Shown in pieces: positions 36,830-61,253 of a stretch of DNA of 64,000 bases. This DNA is from Escherichia coli. GTDB taxonomy: Bacteria; Pseudomonadota; Gammaproteobacteria; Enterobacterales; Enterobacteriaceae. Each line of letters starts with the position of its first letter. Position 1 is the first letter of the stretch. Position numbers and translations under genes: made by a program. The notes beneath the pieces are model-generated. The model ran no database searches. It was not told the origin of the DNA and was given only the letters and a program-made list of their open reading frames with translations. The DNA lies in the NCBI RefSeq assembly GCF_003018255.1, contig NZ_CP027440.1, one strand, 5' to 3'.

Positions 36830-36925
36830 CCTTTGATTATCAGGGATTAATTAAATTCACTCCTGGCAGGAAAATAGCTTAACATTTGTTAGACTTATGA
36901 TTGTCGGCTTCATAGGGAGAATAAC

Positions 36926-37336
36926 ATGAGCATTATTAAAGAATTTCGCGAATTTGCGATGCGCGGGAACGTGGTGGATTTGGCGGTGGGTGTCATTATC
37001 GGTGCGGCATTCGGGAAGATTGTATCTTCACTGGTTGCCGATATCATTATGCCACCTCTGGGGTTATTAATTGGCGGGATCGATTTCAAACAGTTTGCTG
37101 TCACGCTACGCGATGCGCAGGGGGATATCCCTGCTGTTGTGATGCATTACGGTGTCTTCATTCAAAACGTCTTTGATTTTCTGATTGTAGCCTTTGCCAT
37201 CTTTATGGCGATTAAGCTAATCAACAAACTGAATCGGAAAAAAGAAGAACCAGCAGCCGCGCCTACACCAACTAAAGAAGAAGTATTACTGACAGAAATT
37301 CGTGATTTGCTGAAAGAGCAGAATAACCGCTCTTAA
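36926..37336 (+). CDS. mscL: Large-conductance mechanosensitive channel
   Basis: 136-aa [54 protein letters not shown]. Confidence 0.98.
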   Translation: MSIIKEFREFAMRGNVVDLAVGVIIGAAFGKIVSSLVADIIMPPLGLLIGGIDFKQFAVTLRDAQGDIPAVVMHYGVFIQNVFDFLIVAFAIFMAIKLINKLNRKKEEPAAAPTPTKEEVLLTEIRDLLKEQNNRS

Positions 37337-37551
37337 CAAGCGCCTGAAAGCAGAAGGCCAGTGGTAAAAAAGTGATTTACTTTCTTGCCACTGGCCTCCC
37401 AGTTCCCCCGATTGCCATGTTTTCCTTTTCGCATGTAACTGCCTTTCCCTTTCTTATTTCTCTCTACGCGCTGTCGGAATAAGGGATCATGTAGTAATGC
37501 TTCTATCGCATTATCCTTTATCTGCCCTTTAGTATGCTGATATCGGCTCAT
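37333..37551 (-). CDS. arfA: Alternative ribosome-rescue factor A (YhdL)
   Basis: 72-aa [75 protein letters not shown]; 3' end overlaps mscL stop by 4 nt. Confidence 0.92.
   Translation of the reverse strand: MSRYQHTKGQIKDNAIEALLHDPLFRQRVERNKKGKGSYMRKGKHGNRGNWEASGKKVNHFFTTGLLLSGAC
37355..37397 (-). promoter_or_regulatory. Stem-loop inside the arfA 3' coding region (known RNase III processing hairpin)
   Basis: 10-bp arms AGGCCAGTGG / CCACTGGCCT around a 23-nt loop; positions verified codon by codon against the arfA frame. Confidence 0.8.
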
Positions 37552-37606
37552 AAAAACTCCAATTGGTTATTTAACGGCGCGAGTGTAATCCTGCCAGTGT
37601 AAAAAA

Positions 37607-38032
37607 TCAACAGCCACTCTTAACGCCACTCGCCCCTTGTTCAAGAGCTTCAAGAATCGAGCAATAAACACTGCTATGGGCGGTCCCACAACAGGCATCG
37701 TTAAGGCGTTGGAGGGAACGCTGCATACTCTGCAACTCGGCTATCCGTGCTTCGACTTCCTGCAATCTTTCCTGCACAATGCCTTTTGACTCCTGACAGG
37801 TATGGTGTTCAGGATCGATACGGATCGACAGCAACTCGCGGATCGACTCTAGACTGAAACCTAGTTGTCTGGCATGGCGGATAAATTTCAATCGCTGGAG
37901 ATCGCTTTCGGTATACAGGCGAAACCCACCTTCAGTACGCACTTCATGCTCCATCATCTGCTGTTTTTCGTAATAACGAATCGTGTCGGGTGTTACTTCC
38001 GCCATTTTTGCCAGCTCACCAATGCGATACAT
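37607..38032 (-). CDS. zntR: MerR-family Zn(II)-responsive transcriptional regulator
   Basis: 141-aa ORF; N-terminal MerR HTH; C-terminal Cys/His metal site. Confidence 0.96.
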   Translation of the reverse strand: MYRIGELAKMAEVTPDTIRYYEKQQMMEHEVRTEGGFRLYTESDLQRLKFIRHARQLGFSLESIRELLSIRIDPEHHTCQESKGIVQERLQEVEARIAELQSMQRSLQRLNDACCGTAHSSVYCSILEALEQGASGVKSGC

Positions 38033-38042
38033 ACATACTCCA

Positions 38043-38411
38043 CTAGTTATCGTTGATTTTATTCAACAACTTGTCAGCATAATCGCCGCGTAAAAAATCG
38101 GTGCTCAGTCCAGCTTGTCGCAGCTTCAATTCCAGTAATGACAATCGACGGCTAACCTCTTGATATTGCGGATCATCGTGACGGATACCTCTCAGGATAT
38201 CCAGAAGCTGAATTGCTTCCCTCCGCTGCTCAAGTTCTGGCGGTAAGCAACCGGCATTCTTCAGCAAGCGATACCCCGCACGTAATTCCGGTGGCACATG
38301 AGAATCATCAGCCAGTATCAATGGTTCGCCGCTACCTGCCAGGTTATCAAACTCACCTTTCGCTTGCGCTTCTGCTATATGACGCTCTGCCCACTGGTCA
38401 AGTAACCACAT
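38043..38411 (-). CDS. yhdN: DUF1992 protein YhdN
   Basis: 122-aa ORF recognised from translation. Confidence 0.88.
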   Translation of the reverse strand: MWLLDQWAERHIAEAQAKGEFDNLAGSGEPLILADDSHVPPELRAGYRLLKNAGCLPPELEQRREAIQLLDILRGIRHDDPQYQEVSRRLSLLELKLRQAGLSTDFLRGDYADKLLNKINDN

Positions 38412-38474
38412 ATATACTCCAGGGGATGAACAAAAAGAGTACAGCTATTGTAGATAAGTGGGGATGCTACGGGT

Positions 38475-38506
38475 ATAAAAAAACCCGCCGGGGCGGGTTT
38501 TTTTAC
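38475..38506 (-). terminator. Rho-independent terminator at the end of the alpha operon
   Basis: GC-rich hairpin (ACCCGCC / GGCGGGT) between an A-run and a T-run, 12 nt past the rplQ stop. Confidence 0.8.
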
Positions 38507-38517
38507 GTTGCTTCAGA

Positions 38518-38925
<408 letters not shown>

Positions 38926-38941
38926 TTAACCTGTGATCCGG

Positions 38942-39931
38942 TTACTCGTCAGCGATGCTTGCCGGTGGCCAGTTTTCCAGGCGCATGCCCAGAGACAGTC
39001 CACGGGAAGCCAGCACGTCTTTAATCTCAGTAAGAGATTTTTTACCAAGGTTAGGCGTTTTAAGGAGCTCAACCTCGGTACGCTGTACCAGATCACCGAT
39101 ATAGTGGATAGCTTCTGCTTTAAGGCAGTTAGCAGAGCGGACAGTCAATTCCAGATCGTCAACAGGGCGCAGCAGGATCGGATCGAACTCTGGTTTCTCT
39201 TCTTTCACTTCAGGCTGACGTACATCACGTAAGTCAACGAAAGCTTCCAGTTGTTCAGCCAGAATGGTTGCCGCACGACGAATCGCCTCTTCAGGATCGA
39301 TTGTGCCGTTGGTTTCCATTTCGATGACCAGCTTGTCCAGGTCGGTACGCTGTTCTACACGCGCTGCTTCAACATTGTAGGCAATACGCTCCACAGGGCT
39401 GTAGCATGCGTCGACCAGCAGACGGCCGATTGGGCGCTCATCTTCTTCCGAATGAATTCGGGTAGAAGCCGGCACATAACCACGACCGCGCTGAACTTTG
39501 ATACGCATGCTAATAGACGCGTTCTCATCGGTCAGGTGGCAGATCACGTGCTGCGGCTTGACGATTTCGACATCACCGTCGTGGGTGATATCGGCTGCAG
39601 TCACAGGGCCAATGCCAGATTTATTCAAGGTAAGAATAACTTCATCTTTGCCCTGAACTCTCACCGCCAGCCCTTTCAGGTTGAGCAGGATTTCCAGGAT
39701 ATCTTCCTGAACGCCTTCTTTGGTGCTGTACTCATGTAGTACACCATCAATCTCAACCTCGGTCACCGCGCAACCCGGCATCGATGAGAGCAGAATACGG
39801 CGCAGTGCGTTACCCAGAGTATGGCCAAAGCCACGCTCTAAAGGCTCAAGGGTCACCTTGGCGTGCGTCGAACTCACTTGCTCGATATCAACCAGGCGCG
39901 GTTTTAGAAACTCTGTCACAGAACCCTGCAT
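38942..39931 (-). CDS. rpoA: DNA-directed RNA polymerase alpha subunit
   Basis: 329-aa [51 protein letters not shown]. Confidence 0.99.
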
Positions 39932-39956
39932 TGTGTCCTCTCTTTGGTACTAAGCT

Positions 39957-41003
<1,047 letters not shown>

Positions 41004-41016
41004 TCAATCACCCCGA

Positions 41017-42999
<1,983 letters not shown>

Positions 43000-43006
43000 C
43001 TGCTAC

Positions 43007-44140
<1,134 letters not shown>

Positions 44141-44145
44141 CTACC

Positions 44146-45453
<1,308 letters not shown>

Positions 45454-45480
45454 TTACTCCCGTGATTCAATTGGTGACAA

Positions 45481-45789
<309 letters not shown>

Positions 45790-45800
45790 GTAACCCTACC

Positions 45801-47157
<1,357 letters not shown>

Positions 47158-47192
47158 AGAAAAAATAAACGGCTCATTTCTGAGCCGTTTAT
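47158..47192 (-). terminator. Rho-independent terminator at the end of the S10 operon
   Basis: AAACGGCTCA-GAAA-TGAGCCGTTT hairpin (minus-strand sense) followed by TATTTTTTCT, 24 nt past the rpsQ stop. Confidence 0.85.
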
Positions 47193-47215
47193 TCGTATCG
47201 AGAGAGTGTACTGTA

Positions 47216-49144
<1,929 letters not shown>

Positions 49145-49149
49145 CTACC

Positions 49150-49431
<282 letters not shown>

Positions 49432-49444
49432 TTATCCTCTAAAA

Positions 49445-51840
<2,396 letters not shown>

Positions 51841-51860
51841 TCAATCGCTCAATGACCTGA

Positions 51861-52378
<518 letters not shown>

Positions 52379-52409
52379 CGTATTGCTAGTAAAGTAAACA
52401 GCCTTCGGG

Positions 52410-52829
52410 TTATCTCTCAAGTTCGTTCAGCGCATTTTTGACACGCTCTCTTAAACCGGCTTTCTCGTCGCTTTCTTCTACAGTATTTTCTTCGTCTTCA
52501 GAAGAAGAGGGAGCATTCTCAACCGCGACGTCTGGGTCATCTTCCTCCTCGACGGATTCGACGACGGGGAGTGGCTGTTTTTTGAAGAAATAGTGTTGTG
52601 TTGATTGTTTAAAAGCGGGCGTTTCAGCCTCTACAGTGACTTCTGCTTTTACTATCCAAAGCGCCCATAGCTGCCTGGCATACCCACCAACCAACACCAT
52701 TCCTGCAAACCACAGGCAAATCAGCAATAAACAAATGACATATATTATGGTGCTGTGTTTTTGTCGGGAGAAGATACCAGGGTGACCTGTTTCTTTCTGC
52801 TCACGCGCGGCGATATAGAATTCAAACAT
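52410..52829 (-). CDS. gspB: GspB (PinO), accessory protein of the type II secretion locus
   Basis: 139-aa ORF with a single TM segment and acidic C-terminus. Confidence 0.88.
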   Translation of the reverse strand: MFEFYIAAREQKETGHPGIFSRQKHSTIIYVICLLLICLWFAGMVLVGGYARQLWALWIVKAEVTVEAETPAFKQSTQHYFFKKQPLPVVESVEEEDDPDVAVENAPSSSEDEENTVEESDEKAGLRERVKNALNELER

Positions 52830-52830
52830 G

Positions 52831-54300
52831 TCATTTCCCCTTCACTGTTGTTTCCGGGGAAATATTTGCTTCATCCCGATATAAGTAGGCACTCTCCCCT
52901 GCCACCTGCCAGAGATGTACTAACGTTGAAAAGCCAACAACACCGTCAGTTTTCAAGTGGTGGCTTTTTTGAAATTGCTTTATTTTTTCTACCAACAAGG
53001 GACGCCACTCTGCCGAAGGTTCTGTCGAAATATGCAATGCGCGGTTTAACATCGTTTCCAGCCAGAGAATCTCTTCCTCGCTGCTATCACGCGTAATGGT
53101 ACTCTCCCCTTCCGGCGACATTTTCCATAACAGAAGATAATCACCCGTCCATACCGACTCAAACCATTGATGTGTCAGCGTCCAGGTTTGCTGCCCTACG
53201 AGGACATCAACGGTAGCATCACCGACGCGAACGACCACAACAGGCAATTTTTTGTCCCCGACTTTAAGCGATGCGATCCAGGGCAAATTCTGATCTACCA
53301 ATGTTTGTAAAGAAGCATTCCCACTTTTACATGCCAGCCCCGCTCTTACTGCCTGATCGCACCAGGCCGAATCAGCTGGGACCTCGTACCCCCATACGCC
53401 GTATAACACGCTTAGCGCCTCACTATCGCGCATCACTACATGAGCAATATCCTTAGTCATATCTTGTTTAACTACTGGCGTTACGGGTACCAGCCACGCA
53501 GGAACGGGGAACGGATCTGTGAAAGAGGACAGCAGTAGCCAACCACAGGTAAGTGCGATAATGGTTCCACTCATCACCACGGCAAGCTGCATTTTCCGGG
53601 GGCGGTTATCACCTAATACGCGGTAAATCATTCGCCAATGTTTTGCAGTGAAAACGCTGGTCTGCTCGGCTTGCTGTAATAAGCTAATTGTTTCGCCGGC
53701 AAGCGCCAGCTTTCTGCGATCTCCCCGACATAATAAAGCTATCCGTTTCAGAACTCTGGCAGTTAAAAGGAGATCGGGCTGGTCAATATTCTGACCTTCA
53801 AGGATGCTTGCCTTAAGCTCGTGCTCCATCAGACGTCCTGTTGAGACAAGTTCAATGCCCTGTTTTTTAAAATCACGTTCGACTTTTCGATCGGGTCTGC
53901 CGATCAGCAAAAATTGACCGTCAGGAATAAGAGATATCGCGCGTTGGAGATCATCAAGTATGCGGCGGTGATTCAGGTGAGCATTTTCAATAATAATAAG
54001 AGGGCAGCGACTATCAGTTCGATGAAGCGCATGCAGTAATTGACCCGCCATCTCATCTCGCGTCCAGGCGCTGTCACGGCAGCCCTGTTCAGCCGCATTA
54101 TCGTCGGTAACGATCCATGCGGCCTTACCTTGCGAGGAAACAACGAGGCTTAAAGTAATCACACGGCGATGTTTATCTTTTTGTAGTTGCTGCGCCAGCC
54201 AGGTTTTTCCACTTCCAGCCTCACCCAACAAATAGCACAGACGCCAGGTCTGACGTTTCTCACGCAACCAGGAAAGAATAACTTCTCTTCTCGTAGACAT
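52831..54300 (-). CDS. gspA: GspA, ExeA-like AAA ATPase of the type II secretion locus
   Basis: 489-aa ORF; Walker A GEAGSGKT near N-terminus; central TM segment. Confidence 0.9.
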   Translation of the reverse strand: MSTRREVILSWLREKRQTWRLCYLLGEAGSGKTWLAQQLQKDKHRRVITLSLVVSSQGKAAWIVTDDNAAEQGCRDSAWTRDEMAGQLLHALHRTDSRCPLIIIENAHLNHRRILDDLQRAISLIPDGQFLLIGRPDRKVERDFKKQGIELVSTGRLMEHELKASILEGQNIDQPDLLLTARVLKRIALLCRGDRRKLALAGETISLLQQAEQTSVFTAKHWRMIYRVLGDNRPRKMQLAVVMSGTIIALTCGWLLLSSFTDPFPVPAWLVPVTPVVKQDMTKDIAHVVMRDSEALSVLYGVWGYEVPADSAWCDQAVRAGLACKSGNASLQTLVDQNLPWIASLKVGDKKLPVVVVRVGDATVDVLVGQQTWTLTHQWFESVWTGDYLLLWKMSPEGESTITRDSSEEEILWLETMLNRALHISTEPSAEWRPLLVEKIKQFQKSHHLKTDGVVGFSTLVHLWQVAGESAYLYRDEANISPETTVKGK

Positions 54301-54479
54301 AGAACTTCCTGTTTTAATTATTGATTATCCTTAATCATAAAAATAATGTATGCATTTATTAATTAAATACATATTACTAATATAAATAAATTTTGCTTGA
54401 TTCATGCAAGCGGCATTAATACTATTTATACTAACGTCAATATACAACCCACCCAATCTATTTTATTAGAACATACATC

Positions 54480-55295
54480 GTGCCCACACTACGCTTCCCC
54501 TTCCATCTGGCGAATCATAATAAAGATGCTGCCATCAATATATTGATTATATTTATAAGCATAGGGTTGATTATTTTTAATGTGAATTATTTCCATACAA
54601 CTATAGTTAAAAATGGACAGATCATTAATCAACCAACAAACGCATTTCAGTCTGAGTTCAGCCTTGCCGCTTTATGGCGTAACGAAAATCATGCTGGGGT
54701 AAAAGATGCAAATCCCGTGGCAGTTAATCAGGAAACACCTAAGCTCTCTATAGCGCTTAATGGCATTGTACTCACATCGAATGATGAGACTTCTTTTGTC
54801 TTAATTAATGAGGGGAGCGAACAAAAGCGATACTCCCTCAACGAAGCCCTTGAGTCAGCGCCGGGAACGTTTATTAGAAAAATAAATAAAACCAGCGTTG
54901 TGTTTGAAACTCACGGGCATTACGAAAAAGTAACTCTCCATCCAGGGCTACCTGACATCATCAAGCAGCCTGATTCAGAAAGTCAAAATGTACTCGCTGA
55001 TTATATTATCGCCACGCCGATACGTGATGGAGAACAGATATACGGGCTTCGATTGAACCCTCGTAAGGGCCTCAATGCATTTACCACCAGCTTGCTACAA
55101 CCAGGGGATATCGCCCTCAGGATCAATAATCTTTCGCTGACCCACCCTGATGAGGTTTCACAGGCATTAAGTTTACTGCTAACTCAACAAAGTGCTCAGT
55201 TTACAATTCGTCGCAACGGCGTACCCCGCTTGATAAATGTTTCCGTCGCGGAACTTACAGGAATGAATGGACAGCGTCATGAAAGGACTCAATAA
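54480..55295 (+). CDS. gspC: Type II secretion system protein C
   Basis: 271-aa ORF with N-terminal TM anchor; start codon reads GTG. Confidence 0.9.
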   Translation: MPTLRFPFHLANHNKDAAINILIIFISIGLIIFNVNYFHTTIVKNGQIINQPTNAFQSEFSLAALWRNENHAGVKDANPVAVNQETPKLSIALNGIVLTSNDETSFVLINEGSEQKRYSLNEALESAPGTFIRKINKTSVVFETHGHYEKVTLHPGLPDIIKQPDSESQNVLADYIIATPIRDGEQIYGLRLNPRKGLNAFTTSLLQPGDIALRINNLSLTHPDEVSQALSLLLTQQSAQFTIRRNGVPRLINVSVAELTGMNGQRHERTQ

Positions 55296-57231
55296 AATCA
55301 CCTGCTGCTTGCTGGCAGCACTACTCATGCCTTGTGCAGGGCACGCTGAGAACGAACAATACGGCGCTAACTTCAATAACGCCGATATCCGCCAGTTCGT
55401 GGAAATAGTGGGTCAGCATCTTGGCAAAACGATCCTGATCGACCCTTCGGTACAGGGAACCATTTCCGTACGCAGTAATGATACGTTTAGCCAACAGGAG
55501 TACTACCAGTTCTTTTTAAGTATTCTTGATCTTTACGGTTATTCCGTGATCACGCTGGACAATGGTTTTCTGAAAGTGGTGCGCTCAGCTAATGTAAAAA
55601 CATCGCCAGGGATGATTGCTGACAGTTCTCGTCCAGGCGTAGGTGATGAGTTGGTCACCCGAATCGTACCGCTTGAGAACGTTCCTGCTCGTGACCTGGC
55701 TCCCCTGCTCCGCCAGATGATGGATGCGGGTAGCGTCGGTAATGTTGTGCATTATGAACCCTCCAACGTTCTTATTCTGACCGGTCGTGCCTCCACCATT
55801 AATAAACTGATTGAAGTCATAAAGCGCGTTGATGTCATCGGCACAGAGAAGCAGCAAATTATTCATCTGGAATATGCGTCAGCGGAAGATCTCGCCGAAA
55901 TTTTGAATCAATTAATCAGCGAAAGCCACGGTAAAAGCCAGATGCCTGCCCTCCTTTCCGCGAAGATTGTGGCGGATAAGCGAACCAACTCTCTTATCAT
56001 CAGCGGGCCGGAAAAAGCACGCCAGCGCATCACTTCATTACTGAAAAGCCTTGATGTAGAAGAGAGCGAGGAAGGAAATACTCGGGTTTATTACCTGAAA
56101 TATGCTAAAGCCACGAATCTGGTGGAAGTGCTAACCGGTGTTTCCGAAAAGCTGAAAGATGAAAAAGGGAATGAGCGTAAGCCCTCCTCTTCTGGCGCGA
56201 TGGATAACGTCGCCATTACCGCCGATGAACAGACTAACTCTCTGGTCATTACCGCTGACCAGTCCGTCCAGGAAAAACTCGCCACGGTAATTGCGCGTCT
56301 GGACATTCGCCGTGCACAGGTGCTGGTTGAGGCAATCATCGTTGAAGTTCAGGATGGAAATGGACTTAACCTCGGCGTGCAATGGGCGAATAAAAACGTT
56401 GGAGCACAGCAATTTACCAATACCGGATTACCGATTTTTAACGCTGCGCAAGGTGTGGCTGATTATAAAAAGAATGGTGGGATCACCAGCGCGAATCCTG
56501 CCTGGGATATGTTTAGCGCCTACAATGGCATGGCCGCAGGCTTTTTCAATGGCGACTGGGGCGTATTGTTGACTGCGCTGGCCAGTAACAATAAAAATGA
56601 CATCCTCGCCACCCCGAGCATCGTAACGCTGGATAATAAACTCGCGTCCTTCAACGTTGGTCAGGATGTGCCGGTGCTATCTGGCTCTCAGACCACTTCT
56701 GGGGATAACGTCTTTAATACTGTCGAACGCAAAACGGTGGGCACAAAACTCAAAGTCACTCCGCAGGTCAATGAAGGCGACGCGGTACTGCTCGAAATAG
56801 AGCAGGAGGTTTCCAGCGTTGACTCTTCGTCTAATTCGACGCTCGGCCCGACATTTAACACCCGAACTATTCAAAATGCCGTGCTGGTCAAAACCGGTGA
56901 AACGGTGGTCCTGGGCGGATTGCTGGATGATTTTTCTAAAGAGCAAGTGTCAAAGGTTCCTCTGCTTGGCGATATTCCTTTAGTGGGGCAACTCTTCCGC
57001 TATACTTCGACCGAGCGCGCTAAACGCAACCTGATGGTATTTATCCGCCCAACGATTATCCGTGACGATGATGTTTATCGCTCACTGTCAAAAGAGAAAT
57101 ACACCCGCTACCGTCAGGAGCAACAACAGCGAATCGACGGGAAATCAAAAGCGCTGGTTGGCTCGGAAGATTTGCCGGTGCTGGATGAGAACACGTTCAA
57201 CAGCCATACCCCTGCGCCCTCGGCACGGTAA
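55279..57231 (+). CDS. gspD: Type II secretion system outer-membrane secretin
   Basis: 650 aa from ATG 55279 ([23 protein letters not shown]); signal peptide, N-domains and C-terminal secretin domain; overlaps gspC 3' end. Confidence 0.95.
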   Translation: MKGLNKITCCLLAALLMPCAGHAENEQYGANFNNADIRQFVEIVGQHLGKTILIDPSVQGTISVRSNDTFSQQEYYQFFLSILDLYGYSVITLDNGFLKVVRSANVKTSPGMIADSSRPGVGDELVTRIVPLENVPARDLAPLLRQMMDAGSVGNVVHYEPSNVLILTGRASTINKLIEVIKRVDVIGTEKQQIIHLEYASAEDLAEILNQLISESHGKSQMPALLSAKIVADKRTNSLIISGPEKARQRITSLLKSLDVEESEEGNTRVYYLKYAKATNLVEVLTGVSEKLKDEKGNERKPSSSGAMDNVAITADEQTNSLVITADQSVQEKLATVIARLDIRRAQVLVEAIIVEVQDGNGLNLGVQWANKNVGAQQFTNTGLPIFNAAQGVADYKKNGGITSANPAWDMFSAYNGMAAGFFNGDWGVLLTALASNNKNDILATPSIVTLDNKLASFNVGQDVPVLSGSQTTSGDNVFNTVERKTVGTKLKVTPQVNEGDAVLLEIEQEVSSVDSSSNSTLGPTFNTRTIQNAVLVKTGETVVLGGLLDDFSKEQVSKVPLLGDIPLVGQLFRYTSTERAKRNLMVFIRPTIIRDDDVYRSLSKEKYTRYRQEQQQRIDGKSKALVGSEDLPVLDENTFNSHTPAPSAR

Positions 57232-57240
57232 GGCATTCTT

Positions 57241-58722
57241 ATGAGAATTCACTCACCGTACCCCGCCAGTTGGGCGCTGGCACAACGAATTGGTTATCTC
57301 TATTCAGAGGGCGAGATTATTTATCTCGCCGATACGCCATTCGAACGGTTACTCGATATTCAACGTCAGGTTGGCCAGTGCCAGACCATGACCAGCTTGT
57401 CACAGGCTGATTTTGAAGCCCGGCTGGAAGCGGTGTTCCATCAGAATACCGGTGAGTCGCAACAGATTGCGCAGGATATCGATCAATCCGTCGATCTTCT
57501 CTCGCTTTCGGAAGAGATGCCCGCAAATGAAGATCTCCTGAATGAAGATTCAGCGGCACCGGTTATCCGCTTGATCAATGCGATTTTGAGTGAGGCCATC
57601 AAAGAAACCGCCTCCGATATCCACATTGAAACCTATGAAAAAACAATGTCGATCCGTTTTCGCATCGACGGCGTTTTGCGGACAATTTTACAGCCAAACA
57701 AAAAACTGGCGGCACTGCTTATCTCCCGAATTAAGGTCATGGCTCGTCTTGATATCGCCGAAAAACGTATTCCACAGGATGGACGTATTAGTTTGCGTAT
57801 CGGGCGACGTAACATAGATGTCCGCGTATCCACACTGCCGTCCATCTATGGTGAACGCGCCGTGCTCCGTCTGCTGGATAAAAACAGCCTCCAGCTTTCA
57901 TTGAACAACCTGGGGATGACGGCAGCGGATAAACAGGATTTAGAAAATCTCATCCAGCTTCCACACGGTATTATCCTGGTGACCGGACCGACAGGCTCCG
58001 GTAAAAGCACCACGCTCTACGCCATCCTTTCGGCGCTGAATACTCCCGGCCGCAATATTCTGACGGTAGAAGATCCCGTGGAATATGAGCTGGAAGGCAT
58101 TGGGCAAACGCAGGTGAATACCCGTGTGGATATGTCTTTCGCTCGCGGCCTGCGCGCCATACTTCGCCAGGACCCGGATGTCGTCATGGTGGGGGAAATT
58201 CGTGATACAGAAACCGCGCAGATTGCGGTTCAGGCCTCGCTCACCGGCCATCTGGTACTCTCAACACTCCACACTAACAGTGCATCAGGCGCAGTGACCC
58301 GGCTCCGCGACATGGGCGTCGAATCATTCCTGCTTTCGTCTTCCCTGGCAGGGATTATCGCGCAACGTCTGGTTCGTCGCCTGTGTCCGCAATGCCGACA
58401 ATTCACGCCCGTATCACCCCAACAAGCGCAGATGTTTAAATATCATCAGCTCGCGGTGACAACAATTGGCACTCCCGTAGGCTGCCCTCATTGCCATCAA
58501 TCCGGCTATCAGGGGCGCATGGCGATCCACGAAATGATGGTGGTGACGCCGGAATTACGGGCCGCTATTCATGAAAATGTGGATGAACAAGCACTGGAGC
58601 GACTGGTCCGGCAACAACACAATGCCTTAATCAAAAATGGCCTGCAAAAAGTGATAAGCGGTGACACCTCCTGGGATGAGGTTATGCGCGTCGCCAGTGC
58701 CACGCTGGAGAACGAAGCATGA
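57241..58722 (+). CDS. gspE: Type II secretion system ATPase
   Basis: 493-aa ORF; Walker [10 protein letters not shown]; C-terminal tetra-Cys motif. Confidence 0.96.
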   Translation: MRIHSPYPASWALAQRIGYLYSEGEIIYLADTPFERLLDIQRQVGQCQTMTSLSQADFEARLEAVFHQNTGESQQIAQDIDQSVDLLSLSEEMPANEDLLNEDSAAPVIRLINAILSEAIKETASDIHIETYEKTMSIRFRIDGVLRTILQPNKKLAALLISRIKVMARLDIAEKRIPQDGRISLRIGRRNIDVRVSTLPSIYGERAVLRLLDKNSLQLSLNNLGMTAADKQDLENLIQLPHGIILVTGPTGSGKSTTLYAILSALNTPGRNILTVEDPVEYELEGIGQTQVNTRVDMSFARGLRAILRQDPDVVMVGEIRDTETAQIAVQASLTGHLVLSTLHTNSASGAVTRLRDMGVESFLLSSSLAGIIAQRLVRRLCPQCRQFTPVSPQQAQMFKYHQLAVTTIGTPVGCPHCHQSGYQGRMAIHEMMVVTPELRAAIHENVDEQALERLVRQQHNALIKNGLQKVISGDTSWDEVMRVASATLENEA

Positions 58723-59915
58723 ATTATCGCTATCGCGCCATGACCCAGGATGGTCAAAAATTGCAGGGGATCATTGATGCTAACGATGAACGTCAGGCAC
58801 GACTGCGGCTGCGTGAAGAAGGGCTTTTCCTGCTGGATATTCGCCCCCAAAAAAGTTCGGGAGTAAAAACACGTCGCCCGAGGATCAGCCATAGTGAACT
58901 GACGCTTTTCACCCGGCAGTTGGCAACCTTAAGCGCAGCGGCATTACCTCTGGAAGAGAGCCTTGCCGTAATCGGTCAACAAAGCAGTAATAAACGACTG
59001 GCTGATGTGTTAAATCAGGTACGCAGCGCCATCCTTGAAGGGCATCCCCTTTCCGATGCGTTACAACATTTTCCCACGCTTTTCGATTCGCTCTACCGTA
59101 CCCTGGTTAAAGCGGGCGAAAAGAGCGGGCTGCTGGCCCCGGTGTTGGAAAAACTGGCTGATTACAATGAAAATCGGCAGAAAATCCGCAGCAAACTCAT
59201 TCAGTCGCTGATCTACCCCTGCATGCTGACTGCGGTGGCGATTGTGGTCGTGATTATTCTCCTCACTGCTGTCGTGCCCAAAATTACCGAACAGTTCGTG
59301 CATATGAAGCAGCAACTGCCGCTGAGTACACGCATTCTTTTAGGTCTGAGCGACACGTTGCAACATACCGGCCCGACATTACTAGCGACAGTGTTTATTG
59401 TCGCTGTAGGTTTCTGGCTCTGGTTAAAACGCGGCAATAACCGCCACCGTTTTCATGCCATGTTGCTGCGCGTTGCACTCATCGGCCCGCTGATTTGCGC
59501 CATTAACAGCGCACGCTATCTCCGCACTTTAAGTATTTTGCAATCCAGCGGCGTCCCTCTGCTGGATGGGATGAATTTGTCCACCGAAAGTCTCAGCAAC
59601 CTCGAAATCCGCCAGCGTCTGGCAAATGCGGCAGAAAACGTTCGGCAGGGTAACAGCATTCATCTTTCGCTGGAACAAACGGCAATCTTCCCGCCGATGA
59701 TGCTCTACATGGTGGCCTCTGGCGAAAAAAGCGGGCAGCTCGGCACGTTAATGGTCAGAGCAGCAGATAACCAGGAGACACTCCAACAAAATCGGATCGC
59801 CTTAACGCTCTCCATCTTCGAGCCAGCACTCATTATTACGATGGCACTGATCGTCCTGTTTATTGTCGTCTCGGTACTCCAACCTCTTCTTCAACTTAAC
59901 TCAATGATTAATTAA
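58719..59915 (+). CDS. gspF: Type II secretion system inner-membrane platform protein
   Basis: 398-aa polytopic ORF; start overlaps gspE stop by 4 nt. Confidence 0.95.
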   Translation: MNYRYRAMTQDGQKLQGIIDANDERQARLRLREEGLFLLDIRPQKSSGVKTRRPRISHSELTLFTRQLATLSAAALPLEESLAVIGQQSSNKRLADVLNQVRSAILEGHPLSDALQHFPTLFDSLYRTLVKAGEKSGLLAPVLEKLADYNENRQKIRSKLIQSLIYPCMLTAVAIVVVIILLTAVVPKITEQFVHMKQQLPLSTRILLGLSDTLQHTGPTLLATVFIVAVGFWLWLKRGNNRHRFHAMLLRVALIGPLICAINSARYLRTLSILQSSGVPLLDGMNLSTESLSNLEIRQRLANAAENVRQGNSIHLSLEQTAIFPPMMLYMVASGEKSGQLGTLMVRAADNQETLQQNRIALTLSIFEPALIITMALIVLFIVVSVLQPLLQLNSMIN

Positions 59916-59924
59916 GGAAAGTAT

Positions 59925-60362
59925 ATGCGCGCAACGGATAAGCAACGCGGTTTTACATTACTGGAAATTATGGTGGTGATCGTCATCATTGGCGTACTTG
60001 CCAGCCTGGTGGTTCCCAACCTGATGGGCAATAAAGAAAAGGCGGATAAACAAAAAGCCGTCAGCGATATTGTGGCGCTGGAAAACGCCCTGGATATGTA
60101 CAAGCTCGACAATCATCGCTATCCAACCACAAATCAGGGACTTGAATCCTTAGTCGAAGCGCCGACACTGCCACCGCTGGCCGCAAACTATAACAAGGAA
60201 GGTTATATCAAGCGTCTGCCTGCCGATCCCTGGGGCAATGATTATGTCCTCGTTAATCCTGGTGAACATGGTGCATACGATCTGCTTTCAGCAGGGCCCG
60301 ATGGTGAAATGGGAACCGAGGACGACATCACCAACTGGGGTTTGAGCAAGAAGAAAAAGTAA
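59925..60362 (+). CDS. gspG: Type II secretion major pseudopilin
   Basis: 145-aa ORF; prepilin leader and processing motif [13 protein letters not shown]. Confidence 0.96.
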   Translation: MRATDKQRGFTLLEIMVVIVIIGVLASLVVPNLMGNKEKADKQKAVSDIVALENALDMYKLDNHRYPTTNQGLESLVEAPTLPPLAANYNKEGYIKRLPADPWGNDYVLVNPGEHGAYDLLSAGPDGEMGTEDDITNWGLSKKKK

Positions 60363-60369
60363 GTCAGCG

Positions 60370-60879
60370 ATGAATCAGCAACGCGGGTTTACCCTGCTGG
60401 AGATGATGCTGGTGCTGGCGCTGGTCGCTATCACGGCAAGTGTGGTGCTCTTCACATATGGTCGGGAGGATGCCGCCAACACTCGTGCGCGCGAAACAGC
60501 GGCGCGGTTTACCGCTGCACTTGAATTAGCCATCGACAGCGCTACGCTCAGTGGTCAGCCTGTCGGTATCCATTTCTCTGATTCAGCATGGCGCATTATG
60601 GTACCGGGCAAAACACCATCAGCCTGGCGCTGGGTTCCATTACAAGAAGATGCCGCAGACGAGAGCAAAAATGACTGGGATGAAGAACTCTCAATTCATC
60701 TTCAGCCATTTAAACCTGATGACAGCAACCAACCGCAGGTGGTGATTCTGGCCGACGGACAAATCACGCCCTTCTCTTTGTTGATGGCTAACGCAGGGAC
60801 CGGTGAGCCGCTCCTGACGTTAGTCTGTTCAGGATCATGGCCCCTGGATCAAACGCTCGCCAGAGATACCCGCCCATGA
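60370..60879 (+). CDS. gspH: Type II secretion minor pseudopilin H
   Basis: 169-aa ORF; prepilin-type N-terminus [13 protein letters not shown]. Confidence 0.93.
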   Translation: MNQQRGFTLLEMMLVLALVAITASVVLFTYGREDAANTRARETAARFTAALELAIDSATLSGQPVGIHFSDSAWRIMVPGKTPSAWRWVPLQEDAADESKNDWDEELSIHLQPFKPDDSNQPQVVILADGQITPFSLLMANAGTGEPLLTLVCSGSWPLDQTLARDTRP

Positions 60880-61253
60880 ACAAACAATCAGGGATGACAC
60901 TGCTTGAAGTCTTACTGGCGATGAGTATTTTCGCCACTGTTGCGCTGGCTTTAATGAGCAGCATGCAAGGGCAACGAAATGCCATCGAGCGGATGCGTAA
61001 TGAGACGCTGGCGCTGTGGATCGCAGATAACCAGCTTAAGTCGCAAGATACATTCAACGATGAAAACACGTCCAGTTCAGGCAAAGAGATAATTAATGGC
61101 GAAGAGTGGAACTGGCGCAGCGATGTCCATTCAAGCAAAGACGGCACGCTTCTGGAACGCACCATAACGGTGACGTTACCCAACGGTCAGAAAACCGCTC
61201 TGACTCGTTATCAGAGCATCCATGATAGATCCGGGCAGGCGCAAGATGATTAA
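60876..61253 (+). CDS. gspI: Type II secretion minor pseudopilin I
   Basis: 125 aa from ATG 60876 ([17 protein letters not shown]); overlaps gspH stop by 4 nt. Confidence 0.92.
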   Translation: MNKQSGMTLLEVLLAMSIFATVALALMSSMQGQRNAIERMRNETLALWIADNQLKSQDTFNDENTSSSGKEIINGEEWNWRSDVHSSKDGTLLERTITVTLPNGQKTALTRYQSIHDRSGQAQDD

